Origin: Caldisericia bacterium | Lineage (GTDB): Bacteria > Caldisericota > Caldisericia > JAAYUI01 | Reading direction: 5' to 3' | Assembly: GCA_963674785.1 (NCBI GenBank) | Contig: OY771555.1 | Coordinates: 2,048,001 to 2,112,000 of the forward strand | Length of the DNA stretch: 64,000 nt | Shown: positions 1 through 10,400 of the stretch, in pieces | Layout of the letters: every line of letters starts with the position of its first letter | Position numbering within the stretch: the stretch's first letter is position 1 | The notes under the pieces: generated by a model | Databases searched by the model: none | Seen by the model: the letters and a program-made list of their open reading frames with translations, nothing else | Told to the model about the DNA's origin: nothing | Made by a program: the position numbers and the translations under genes

Positions 1-1155
1 CCTCTCACGTGTGCATCAAAAATCCTTGATAAATACAGAAGCCTTTTTTCTGCGACATCAGTAGAAAAACTGGAGGAATCAGGAGCAATAATCGTTGGTA
101 AAACCAACATGGATGAGTTTGCAATGGGTTCATCAGGCGAATACTCAGCCTTTGGTGCAAGCAAAAATCCAATTGACGTAAGTCTCACACCAGGTGGCTC
201 ATCATCGGGTTCGGCAGTTGCTGTTGCAAGTGGAATGGCACTTGGAGCTCTTGGTTCTGACACTGGTGGTTCCGTAAGACAACCGGCATCCTTCTGTGGA
301 CTTGTTGGAATAAGACCTACATATGGAACTGTTTCAAGATATGGACTCGTTGCCTTTTCATCATCACTTGACCAGATTGGCACACTTGCAAACACAGTTG
401 ATGACGCAATAACCCTTCTTAACGTGATTCAGGGATTTGATGAAAAGGATTCCACATCGGTTCATCAAAAAGAAGTGGAAAAAATTCCAATCGAAAAAAC
501 AACATTTGGAATACCGAAGCAAATCGAAGAACTAAAGATTTCTCCTGAGATAGTCGAGAGAATGTTTGATTCAAAAAGGGTTCTTGAAAAAAGGGGCGCA
601 AAATTCATTGAAATCGATCTTCCACATCTAAAATATTCCATACCGACATACCAACTTATAGCACCCTCAGAATGCTCAGCAAACCTTTCAAGATTTGATG
701 GTATCAGATACGGTCTGCAGATAAGTGATGAGAATCTTAAAAACCAATATGAAAAAACAAGGGCTGAAGGATTTGGTGAAGAAGTAAAAAGGAGGATCCT
801 TGTTGGAACATACGCTCTTTCTGAAGGTTTCTACGATGACTACTACATTCAAGCATGCAAGATGAGAGCAAAGATATCAGGGGATTTATTTAATGCACTT
901 GATAGTTGCGACGCAATCCTCACACCAACTACACCAACAACAGCATTCCCTCTCGGTTCGGTACAAGACCCTCTCGATATGTACGCGTGTGATCTTCTAA
1001 CAATCATTCAAGCACTCGCCGGAGTCCCCGCAATATCGGTTCCCGCGGGAAAAGACAGAGACGGCAAACCAATAGGGATGCAGATAACTGGCCCCGCATT
1101 TTCAGAAACAAATATTGCTGAGTATGCAAAAATTATCGAATTGGAATTGAATTAA
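1..1155 (+). CDS. gatA: Asp/Glu-tRNA amidotransferase subunit A (5' end outside window)
   Basis: Frame is open from base 1 (PLTCASKIL...GKTNMDEFAMGSS). Amidase signature PGGSSSGSA and LGSDTGGSVRQPA; SANLSRFDGIRYG; GFGEEVKRRI. gatB lies downstream. Confidence 0.97.
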   Translation, partial: PLTCASKILDKYRSLFSATSVEKLEESGAIIVGKTNMDEFAMGSSGEYSAFGASKNPIDVSLTPGGSSSGSAVAVASGMALGALGSDTGGSVRQPASFCGLVGIRPTYGTVSRYGLVAFSSSLDQIGTLANTVDDAITLLNVIQGFDEKDSTSVHQKEVEKIPIEKTTFGIPKQIEELKISPEIVERMFDSKRVLEKRGAKFIEIDLPHLKYSIPTYQLIAPSECSANLSRFDGIRYGLQISDENLKNQYEKTRAEGFGEEVKRRILVGTYALSEGFYDDYYIQACKMRAKISGDLFNALDSCDAILTPTTPTTAFPLGSVQDPLDMYACDLLTIIQALAGVPAISVPAGKDRDGKPIGMQITGPAFSETNIAEYAKIIELELN

Positions 1156-1157
1156 AA

Positions 1158-1601
1158 ATGAACGAAGAAGAGAAAAACGCAAGGGATTTTTCATACATCG
1201 TAAACGATCCAAACAAAAGCGATAAAGAGAAACTTGAGGAGATTGATAGACTGATTGATGATGAGATCGTTGGGGTATCTGATGTAAAAAAAATGAAACG
1301 TCCACGTTCTAAAAATATGCTTATCGCAACAATACTGATCGTTGTTGGTATGAGCATGATCTTCATGGATGTAACAAAGCTCTTCGATAATCAGATATGG
1401 TTTTCAATTCTGGGTTTTTTCCTTATTGTACCTGGAATTGGGTTTTCTATCGCCGGAATCGTTGATATTTTCCCAGATAAACTTGCAAAGATGGACTATA
1501 TGGATGAGGCAAAAGATAGATTAAAAATCCTTAGGAGAGAGAAGTATTTTTTGGAAAAGAAAATATCAAAAAGGGAGAAGGAGGGTGTTCTTGGGGAATA
1601 G
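1158..1601 (+). CDS. Hypothetical membrane protein (coiled coil-2TM-coiled coil), array member 1
   Basis: Two hydrophobic segments flanked by charged helices. The post-TM segment FPDKLAKMDY..AKDRLKILRREK resembles HPPLKTEAVEDY..MTNRIVSLKERK of member 4. Confidence 0.75.
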   Translation: MNEEEKNARDFSYIVNDPNKSDKEKLEEIDRLIDDEIVGVSDVKKMKRPRSKNMLIATILIVVGMSMIFMDVTKLFDNQIWFSILGFFLIVPGIGFSIAGIVDIFPDKLAKMDYMDEAKDRLKILRREKYFLEKKISKREKEGVLGE

Positions 1602-2034
1602 AGCACAAACAAGAAAAATTTGTGAGCTAAAAGAAGAACTTGAGAAGATTGAGAAAAAGATTTCTGCAAACCGGAAAGAGTTACTCAAAAGACATTTAAA
1701 ATTTCCTGTTCTGAATCCAACGTTCTATGGTGCTGCAATTGGGCTAATTGGATACATGGGTTTCTCGCTTATTTTTGCTCAATACATAAAGAATTTTATA
1801 TATCAAGTTATCATCACAACACTTTTGCCGTTTATAATTGTACTTATTGCGGTCTTTTGGGGAGATATTCCAGAGGAGAATATTAACAACGGAAATCGAG
1901 TGATCGAGTTAAAACAGGAAACATACACACTGAAAAGACATAGGAGAATCTATAAACAAATCTTAAAAAAAGGGCAGCAAAAATGGAACAAAGATGATGA
2001 AATAAGGATTTCATTTGAATCTTTGGAGGCATAA
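1585..2034 (+). CDS. Hypothetical 2TM membrane protein, array member 2
   Basis: Paralog of 2049..2546: LKRHLKFPVLNP/LKNHLKLPVVSP, WGDIPEENINNG/WANVPEENVTNG, WNKDDEIRISFES/WSKDERIEIKFVS. Confidence 0.8.
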   Translation: MFLGNRAQTRKICELKEELEKIEKKISANRKELLKRHLKFPVLNPTFYGAAIGLIGYMGFSLIFAQYIKNFIYQVIITTLLPFIIVLIAVFWGDIPEENINNGNRVIELKQETYTLKRHRRIYKQILKKGQQKWNKDDEIRISFESLEA

Positions 2035-2048
2035 AAGGGGGCTATGGG

Positions 2049-2546
2049 ATGAGATGTAAAAAATGCGGATGGGTATCGAGATATCCTGTTTGTAAGGATT
2101 GTGCAACTGATGAGGAAAGGGAGTTGCAATTGTTGCTGGAAAAAACCAATAAAGAAATCAAAGAGAACAACCTCGGGATGCTAAAGAATCACCTAAAACT
2201 ACCAGTAGTATCCCCATTGATTTATATTTCTCTTTTAGTTTTTTTTATATATTCGGGTGTTGCACTCATTTATGCCGAAAGAATCAATAATATGTTGCTC
2301 AAAACCATAGTTTGTTTCATATTTCCAATTTTCTTTCCGATTTTTTTACTAATGATAATTCTCTTTACATGGGCAAATGTACCTGAAGAAAACGTCACAA
2401 ACGGTTTGAAAACAGTTGATCTAAAACATCGGAATCTAATTCTAAAGAGACGAAAGAAAAAGTACCTTAATCAGTTATCTGCACCATTCGATAACTGGTC
2501 AAAAGATGAAAGAATTGAAATAAAATTCGTTTCATATGAATCCTAG
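2049..2546 (+). CDS. Zn-ribbon (CxxC-x8-CxxC) 2TM membrane protein, array member 3
   Basis: N-terminal MRCKKCGWVSRYPVCKDC, then coiled coil, two TM segments and a basic C-terminal helix. Confidence 0.82.
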   Translation: MRCKKCGWVSRYPVCKDCATDEERELQLLLEKTNKEIKENNLGMLKNHLKLPVVSPLIYISLLVFFIYSGVALIYAERINNMLLKTIVCFIFPIFFPIFLLMIILFTWANVPEENVTNGLKTVDLKHRNLILKRRKKKYLNQLSAPFDNWSKDERIEIKFVSYES

Positions 2547-2559
2547 GGAGAGACAAAAG

Positions 2560-3032
2560 ATGAGATGTAGAAAATGCAAAAAACACTCAAGATTTCCGGT
2601 TTGTGCAGATTGTGCAGATGAAGAGGAACTTGAAGTGATAAAATCACTATATGCAATAGATGAAACAATTCAAATTGACAGGGACAGAAAAAAGGCTTTG
2701 TTTGTATACGTGATGCCACTTACCAGACCAATGATAGTTGCAATGCTTATTTTGCGCTTGGATGTACGCTATCAACAACAGCAACATACAGCGCAATATA
2801 CCTAAACATGATTGTCTTCAGTGCAATTCTTTTTATCTTTTCATGGATGATCCATCCACCTCTCAAAACTGAAGCAGTTGAAGACTACAGGGACATGACA
2901 AACAGAATCGTTTCACTTAAAGAACGAAAAGAAATAATGATTGAAATACTTGAAGAACCTTCATCTGCATGGACAGACGCAGAAAAAAGATACATGAAAC
3001 AGAATATCTTCACTGGAACAGGCGATAACTAA
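2560..3032 (+). pseudogene. Zn-ribbon 2TM protein, array member 4, split by a 1-nt frameshift near 2750 (true pseudogene or sequence error)
   Basis: MRCRKCKKHSRFPVCADC from ATG 2560. One extra T in CTTATTTTGCG joins MIVAMLI to FALGCTLSTTATYSAIYLNMIVFSAILFIFSW, which is in frame with ORF 2808..3032 and restores two TM helices. Confidence 0.7.
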
Positions 3033-3047
3033 AAAACTGAGGTAACT

Positions 3048-4487
3048 ATGAGTGATTTAGGAATTACAATCGGGATTGAGGTACACATACAGCTTCTAAG
3101 CAAAACAAAGATGTTTTGCAGATGTAGAAATAGCTACGGAGATGAACCGAATACGAACATCTGCCCAACATGCATGGGGCTACCTGGAGCATTGCCAACA
3201 GTCAACGAAAGAGCCACGAGAATGGGTGTAATGCTTGCATCCGCACTGGAATGCAAAATTAATAAAAACGTCCCATATCATCGAAAGAATTACTTTTATC
3301 CCGATTTACCAAAAGGGTATCAGATAACTCAATTCTACACTCCACTCGGCAGTGATGGAAAACTTCGAGTCTATATTGATAAAAAACCGAAAGATATTCT
3401 CATTGAAAGGATTCATCTTGAAGAAGACTCTGGTAAGATGTTCCACGATGGCGACATAACAACATCGACAAGTTCACTTCTTGACTATAATAGATGTGGC
3501 GCCCCACTTGCGGAAATCGTCACAAAACCCTGTATGAAGAGTGCTGAGGAGGCATGGGGTTATCTAGTTGGTTTGCGAAATCTTGTCAGATTCCTTGAGG
3601 TATCAACTGGGAACATGGACGAGGGAGCACTTCGTTGCGATGTCAACGTTTCAATCGACAACCCTGATGGTTCTCTGGGGACAAAAACCGAGATAAAAAA
3701 TCTCAACTCATTTAGATCCGCCAGAAGAGCGATTGAATTTGAGGTTGAAAGACAAAAAAAGATAATCGATTCCGGGAACAAAGTGGTTACCCAAACTCTC
3801 CATTTTAATGAAAACACAGGAGAAACAAGCCCGATGCGTTCCAAGGAAGAGCTCAACGACTACAGATACTTCCCTGAACCCGATATTCCTCCACTCATCT
3901 TGACTGATACCGAGATTGATGAAATCAGATCTGAAACTCCTGAAACACCGAACACAATGCTCGAAAGATTTATGAATGATTACAAGCTTTCGCTCTACGA
4001 TTCACAGGTTTTGACAGCCGACAGAGACATTTCAAGCTTCTTTGAAGAATCATTGAAATTCTACAACAATCCAAAAAAAGTATGTAATTGGCTAACGATT
4101 GAGTCTTTTGGTAAGCTCGCAAAAGAAAATAAATCATTGGGTGACTCGAACCTCACACCTGAAAATCTTGCCAAACTGGTAAAAATGGTAACGGAAGGAA
4201 CAATAACCGGGAATGCAGGTAAGGAGATATTAGATGATGTCATTTCGGGTCATGACCCAGAGGTTATTGCCGAAAAAAAAGGTTTAAAGGCTGTTGTTGA
4301 TGAAGACATGATTTCGGATATCATCAGTAAAGTTCTTGCTGAAAATGATAAACAATTGACAGCTTACAAGAATGGAAAAACTCAGCTGTTTGGATTTTTT
4401 GTTGGTGCAGTAATGAAGGAAAGCAAAGGAAAAGCACCCGGAAATATCGTTCAAAAAATCCTTAAAAAAATGCTTACGGAGAGTTAG
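3048..4487 (+). CDS. gatB: Asp/Glu-tRNA amidotransferase subunit B
   Basis: IGIEVHIQL, RKNYFYPDLPKGYQITQ, RIHLEEDSGK, LRCDVNVS, EIKNLNSF, DYRYFPEPD; C-terminal Yqey-like tail. Confidence 0.98.
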   Translation: MSDLGITIGIEVHIQLLSKTKMFCRCRNSYGDEPNTNICPTCMGLPGALPTVNERATRMGVMLASALECKINKNVPYHRKNYFYPDLPKGYQITQFYTPLGSDGKLRVYIDKKPKDILIERIHLEEDSGKMFHDGDITTSTSSLLDYNRCGAPLAEIVTKPCMKSAEEAWGYLVGLRNLVRFLEVSTGNMDEGALRCDVNVSIDNPDGSLGTKTEIKNLNSFRSARRAIEFEVERQKKIIDSGNKVVTQTLHFNENTGETSPMRSKEELNDYRYFPEPDIPPLILTDTEIDEIRSETPETPNTMLERFMNDYKLSLYDSQVLTADRDISSFFEESLKFYNNPKKVCNWLTIESFGKLAKENKSLGDSNLTPENLAKLVKMVTEGTITGNAGKEILDDVISGHDPEVIAEKKGLKAVVDEDMISDIISKVLAENDKQLTAYKNGKTQLFGFFVGAVMKESKGKAPGNIVQKILKKMLTES

Positions 4488-4493
4488 AGAAAC

Positions 4494-5048
4494 TTGAGCG
4501 AGTTTGACGCTAAAGCAATTTTGCCAAAAATAGCCAAGGGTGATGAATTGGCTTTCAAATCCCTCTATGATCAATTTGGTGGATATGTTTTTAAGGTTGT
4601 AATTCTCTCCCTTAGAGACCATGCAAAAGCTGAGGAACTTGCTCAAACAATATGGCTCAAGATTTGGAGGTTTGCTGGAAAATACGATACAAGCAGACCA
4701 TTTAAACCATGGCTCTCCAGAATAATTTCAAATGAGATTGTCAGTTACTACAGGGTACAAAAACCAAAAAACTCCAGCCTTGAAGATTTGAAAGAGGTAG
4801 GTTTAGAACCTAGCGATGATGTCGACAAACTCAGAGAAAACGAGTTTGAAAGAGACTTATCTGATGAAATAAAAAAAGCATTAGATTTGCTAACTGACAA
4901 ACAACGGCAAGTGATCGTACTAAAATATTACCAGGGCTTCAAGATACGAGAAATCGCGAAAACCTTGAAAATAGGAGAATCAGCCGTTAAGGCCAGGCTG
5001 TACTCGGGTCTTGAAGTTTTGAGTAAAAGCCAAGAAGGCAGGAGATGA
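4494..5048 (+). CDS. ECF (sigma-70 group 4) RNA polymerase sigma factor
   Basis: Region 2 (AEELAQTIWLKIW...FKPWLSRI) and region 4 (LTDKQRQVIVLKYYQGFKIREIA...VKARL). ATGA overlap with the anti-sigma gene. Confidence 0.93.
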   Translation: MSEFDAKAILPKIAKGDELAFKSLYDQFGGYVFKVVILSLRDHAKAEELAQTIWLKIWRFAGKYDTSRPFKPWLSRIISNEIVSYYRVQKPKNSSLEDLKEVGLEPSDDVDKLRENEFERDLSDEIKKALDLLTDKQRQVIVLKYYQGFKIREIAKTLKIGESAVKARLYSGLEVLSKSQEGRR

Positions 5049-7435
5049 AGAACTGTAAGAATATAAGACATTTATTACTCGATTACCTCGAGGGGTCTCT
5101 TTCTGCGGAAAGAGAAGAGATGGTAAGAAACCATCTGTATGATTGCGAAGGTTGCAGAAAATACTTTGAAACACTCTCAATCACTGCAAAAAATACAGAG
5201 GACATATTGGGTAATTATGCAAAAACAGTCGAACCTCCACCATATCTTTGGGGGAATATCCTCAAGGATGTCCAAAAATCAAAGAGAAAAGTTGCTGTTT
5301 CCTGGTGGAAGGTCGCTGTAGCAACATGCGCAGTTGTTGGAGTTTTGATGACCGGAACACTTGCGCCTGTTTTTGGATATGAAGGAAACCTTCTAAATGT
5401 TATTTCAGGGTCAATCATTGAAAATGCATCCGATGACCTAGGCGAGATAATAAGCGACGACCTTCTTGGCTCTCTTAGAAAAGAAGAGATTATCACTCAC
5501 ATTGTTGATAATTCCGACCTAACCGAAGACCTTGTTTGGGAACTTGAAGAAAAGGGATACACAGAAAAAGACATCGTTCAATGTGCTCAAATCGCAGACT
5601 CCGGCAGTTGGCCAATTGAAAAGGTCATCCAAAAGAGGGACCAGGGTTTTGGATTTGGAAGGATTGCAAACTGGGCTGGGGTTTCAGTTTTCTCTATTAA
5701 AAATAGAATCGCGGAGCCAATACACACTCTTAGAAATGATGTCGAAGGAAGAGATGAGTTTGAGGTAAGAACAACAATTGCAGGATTTAACGAAGACCAA
5801 AAACTAATCTCTCCTCATCTGCCAGAGCCAATTGGATTACCACCGGAAATTCTTGATGATAGTGGTGCCATGATCCATCAGGGAGACATCAAAGACTCAT
5901 TTGTTTCGGTTGTTTTCAGATTCGAAAATGGAAAACCTGTTGCAAAACAGATCATTAAACAAAAGGACAGACCAGCAAGACATTTCAATATCAGAGGAAA
6001 GATCGAATCCGTTGAAGACGGGACACTGACACTTTCATCGCCCAATGACGAATCAATTTCAATGTCACTTGTAAACGGAAAAAGCAACATCTTCGGTGAT
6101 ATTGATGTTGGATCAGAGATTGAGGTCTTTGGGTTTAGATCAATCGACGGAAGAATGTTTGTTGATTTTGTCAGACCGGTTCCTGAAAACATGGACTATC
6201 TTCCACCAAAAACTCCATACGAGAGACCACATCATGGGGCAAATCCCCCTCCACCACCTCCTTTCCCCGAGGATATCAACCCAGAATTCGTAAACCCAAC
6301 CCAGACAGAAGACTTAACTGCCCAAGACAAAGAAATATCAGAGAACACTGCGACCACAGAAGAAAAAATAGAAACTATTCCAAATGATAACAATCCACTT
6401 GAAGACGACAAATCAAGCGAAGTAAAGAATACTGATACACAACCCGAAACTACAAAATTCACAGGGGAGATTGTCACACTCTTCTCCGCAAATGCTAATA
6501 TCATAAACACAAGCTCTGGAACATTTGATATCTCGAACACCAAAGTTGGAATTGATTTTAAGGGCAAGGTTTATCCAATTGGCAAGGAAGTCTTAAGTTC
6601 AACCAGAACTATAAAAGAAATCACAATCAACGGTAAGGATGATAACATCGATACTATATTGATAGACGGTAAATACCTATCAAAAACTGAGTGTCTTGTT
6701 ATTGAAAGAAATCCTGAAAAAACAAGCTACAAACTATATTTTGGAGATGGTGAATCAAAGATTATCAAATCAAACTCATCAACCATCTTCCATCAGAACA
6801 CAAAGAAGATAATAAGAAGCCAGAAAATCAATCTCTATAGATTCGAAGATATCCCTGATCTTGCCATCGCCATCGAAGTTATACCAGACTCCCAAAGCAG
6901 AATTAGAATTGAGGGGCTTGTTGAAGGAATTGATGACCAAGGAATTATTGTAAAAAGCACCAAATATGAGATTAATCCTGAAACCACAGGGATATTTAGA
7001 CAAAATGAACCATCAAGGATTAATCCATATGAGATAAATCAAGGTTCAGAGGTTGAATTGGTTTACACAATCATAAACGACGAACCCGTTGCCATCAGAA
7101 TAAATCTCCTTAAAAAAGGTGAGGGTGACCACCAACCCAATCGAAAGTTCTTCAAGGTGATTAGTTTTGATTACAACAAGGAAAATGGCACAATCACTTT
7201 GTCTATATCAAAAGGTAATGGTGCTGGTGGCAATAGCGGTCAATCCTCAAAAAGAATCGTAGTCACAGGACAGACAGAAATACTGCTAAAGCGACCAAAT
7301 GAGCTATTAAGGAGCATCAGCCTCAAGCAGATGGCAGATTTGAAACTAAATGGAATGGATGTATCCTACGAAGAACAGAATGGAAGGATAATAAAAGTAA
7401 CGATTATGGATTATCCTCCGTTATCTCCATTTTGA
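5045..7435 (+). CDS. Transmembrane anti-sigma factor (zf-HC2) with large extracytoplasmic region containing DUF5666-like OB modules
   Basis: N-terminal HLYDCEGC (HxxxCxxC), one TM segment, Pro-rich linker. Modules such as FNIRGKIESVEDGTLTL...IDVGSEIEVFG and IEGLVEGIDDQGIIV...INQGSEVELVY. Confidence 0.85.
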   Translation: MKNCKNIRHLLLDYLEGSLSAEREEMVRNHLYDCEGCRKYFETLSITAKNTEDILGNYAKTVEPPPYLWGNILKDVQKSKRKVAVSWWKVAVATCAVVGVLMTGTLAPVFGYEGNLLNVISGSIIENASDDLGEIISDDLLGSLRKEEIITHIVDNSDLTEDLVWELEEKGYTEKDIVQCAQIADSGSWPIEKVIQKRDQGFGFGRIANWAGVSVFSIKNRIAEPIHTLRNDVEGRDEFEVRTTIAGFNEDQKLISPHLPEPIGLPPEILDDSGAMIHQGDIKDSFVSVVFRFENGKPVAKQIIKQKDRPARHFNIRGKIESVEDGTLTLSSPNDESISMSLVNGKSNIFGDIDVGSEIEVFGFRSIDGRMFVDFVRPVPENMDYLPPKTPYERPHHGANPPPPPPFPEDINPEFVNPTQTEDLTAQDKEISENTATTEEKIETIPNDNNPLEDDKSSEVKNTDTQPETTKFTGEIVTLFSANANIINTSSGTFDISNTKVGIDFKGKVYPIGKEVLSSTRTIKEITINGKDDNIDTILIDGKYLSKTECLVIERNPEKTSYKLYFGDGESKIIKSNSSTIFHQNTKKIIRSQKINLYRFEDIPDLAIAIEVIPDSQSRIRIEGLVEGIDDQGIIVKSTKYEINPETTGIFRQNEPSRINPYEINQGSEVELVYTIINDEPVAIRINLLKKGEGDHQPNRKFFKVISFDYNKENGTITLSISKGNGAGGNSGQSSKRIVVTGQTEILLKRPNELLRSISLKQMADLKLNGMDVSYEEQNGRIIKVTIMDYPPLSPF

Positions 7436-10400
7436 TTGTAACGGTTCTAGTCTGACCATCCCAAGCAACTTCTGCGCCAAGATTTTCTGAAATTACCCTC
7501 AGTGGAACAAGGGTTCTTCCGTTTCTTATGATTGGGGCAGCATCGAGTTCAACCATTTGAGAATTAATGATAGCTGATTTTTTTCCTATCCAGAGATACA
7601 TCAGCTTGTCACCTTTTATGAACGATACGCGTTTTTCATAATCATTCCACTCAACCGTTGCACCTAAAGTCTCTGCAAGGAATCTAAATGGAACCATAGT
7701 CCTTCCATTTGAAATTATTGGTGGACTATCAAGTGTACTTAAAACACCGTTAACAAAAGCATCTTTGCTGTCTATTCTCAAAGTGATCGTTTTATATGTT
7801 GGTATTTTTGTCACTTCAAACTCAAGCATCTTGGTATTATTGGTAACATTCACCTCATCGGAAATAGTGATGTGTACATAGAGCTTGTGCTTTCCAGGAG
7901 CAAGATAGACCGGGGCAGAGAAGTTAATATACTCATATCCAGACGGAGAGATGCTTTGATTCACGATTGTTTTGAAGAGTGATTCCCTTTTCAGCTCATC
8001 CCAATAATAATAAACAGTGTACTCACCGCTTGGGATTCCTGTTGGATTATAAACTGTTGAAAGGATTGTACAGATTGAGTTTTCTTCAGGACTACTTGGC
8101 TGAATCGAAAGATTAATAACAGCTAGATCAATACCCTCACTTGTTGATATTACAAAACCATCAGAACCACTGGACACAAAAGAAACGGTTAACAATCCAT
8201 TTTGATACACCCATTTCGTTGATGTTGTTGATGTTACTGATTTTGGTTTTCCAGAAATAGCAATCACAAAGCTTGTGCAAAGTCCCTTTGGAGCTTGAGA
8301 AATTATTCGGATACCTTTATTCCATTCATCAACCCAGGGGATTGCACATGTCGAGAATATGAGTTTTGGAGTTTTACTCATATCGGGTTTTACATGAATT
8401 GGGTATTGCTTTTTTGGATACTCACCGGGAGTTTTGAAAACTGATTTTGAAAAATCAATTTCCAAAACCGATTCAGTAATCTGTTCATATGAAGATGGAA
8501 GCATTGGAATTTCAAACCCAGCCTCAACCTTAAAGATATCCAACGAAAACATCGGGTCATTTTTGGTGATGAAGATATAACCATCGCCGGCATTCAAGGC
8601 TTTTTCAGTTTCAATATTTATTACCCCAAGATCTTTTGAAATGATTTCTCCAAGGGAAGTATTGTTGTTCCACCACATATAATCTTTAAACCGAGTATCA
8701 TTTTCATAAATGAGTAGATTTCCACCTGATTCAACCCAGTCCTCAAGAAATTCCATATCATCTTGGGAAACAAAAGTTGTACCCATGTCCAAGATTGCAA
8801 GGTTTGAACCACCCAATCCATCGAATCTAGTTGGCAACAAATGAAAGTCTTTTGAGGCAAAACTCATCTGCCAATTCTGATTAACATTGATTTTATCAAT
8901 CCTCTTTGACCAAACAGTACTTTCATTAACAACCTGAACAAATGTGCATGAGGTTTTCTCTAAATCCTTTTCAACAACAAAGGTTCGTTTATCAGAAACA
9001 GACGTTCCTAAAAAATATCCAGCATCTCGAACACCTGAAATATATGCACGAGTTTTTTCTTCATCTATTATCTGAACATATATTGGTTTACCTATAAATA
9101 TGGCATCGAATACCCCCGCCATATACATCTGGTTATCGCCTGCAAAAGATGGTGGGGTGACGATAATCCTATCCATATTTGCAAATCCATCATACGGAAC
9201 AATCCACTCGGAAAACTCCGAGGGCGAAGGAATCGATACAGCAAGCTCCATTTCGAGTCTGTCGGTGTAAGCTCTTGAAATTGCAAGGGTTTTCTTAATC
9301 CTGTCACTTACAAAGTTGTGGAGCGTAAATGCGAGTCCATCATCAGATTCGAGGTTTGTCCAAAGTCTTTTTCCCCAAATCTGATACTCATCGACCAGCT
9401 CAGGATGGTTATCAAAATCCTCCGTAGAGATAGCACAAGTATCGAGAAGAAAACCATCGCAATCCCCAACTGCATCAAATATATCCACAATAACATCTGA
9501 TGGTTTAAAACCAACAAGCACGTCATGGAAAGGAATAACCATAGAGGTTTTTCCAAATCTCTGGCATTCGGTTATAATCTCGCGATTTTCAGAATCTATA
9601 TATTCAGCACCAATCCATGGACTGTCGGTAACTCTGGCACAAAAATTATTTCTCTCAAAACCTTCTAAACCGAGACCGTCATAATATCCATCTGAGTCCG
9701 TATCAGCATACTTTGTCGAGAGCATCAAAAAAGACTCAACATTGTCATTAAGTCCGTCATTGTCGGTATCAAGAGGTCTGTCATCGACTCCATCGTTCAG
9801 ATCATCATTATCGGTTCTAAAAAGATACGGATCAGTTCCCGTTGCCAACTCAAGACAGGTTGGAATCCCATCCTCATCGTTATCATCATCAAAGGTAAAA
9901 CACAACAATTCACCTTCACCTGTAATGTTCAAAAAACCTGTGGAGTCTGAAATATCAAAAAAAGTAATCCCATCAACTAGCTTTTTTTCAAGTCCATACA
10001 CTTCTAAAGATTCGGGATTTGTAGAAATACAACAAAAGTAACCATGGTCTCCAGGCACAAAAACACGTACAGGTTCATCTGAAAGCACTACTCCATACTC
10101 ACCTGTTTCACCTTCAACAAAGGCGCTCCCCAAATCTGATTTTGTATCAACTGGAGCAAAATCATAAAACATCGTGAAACTTCGGAGTTTTGTTTCTTCT
10201 GTTGTCGAAACCGAAAAAACATTATCACCTTCAACGATTTTTTTCGATATCCAATACTTCCCATCATATTCATTGAGGGCTAGTTCAGTATCATCAATCT
10301 TTGCCGTTATTGGCTTATCAACCTCAACAAAAAAGGACACCCAGGTATCAGTCGCATGCGACACACTATAAGAAATCTCTGTGCTTGCAGGGATAAGTCT

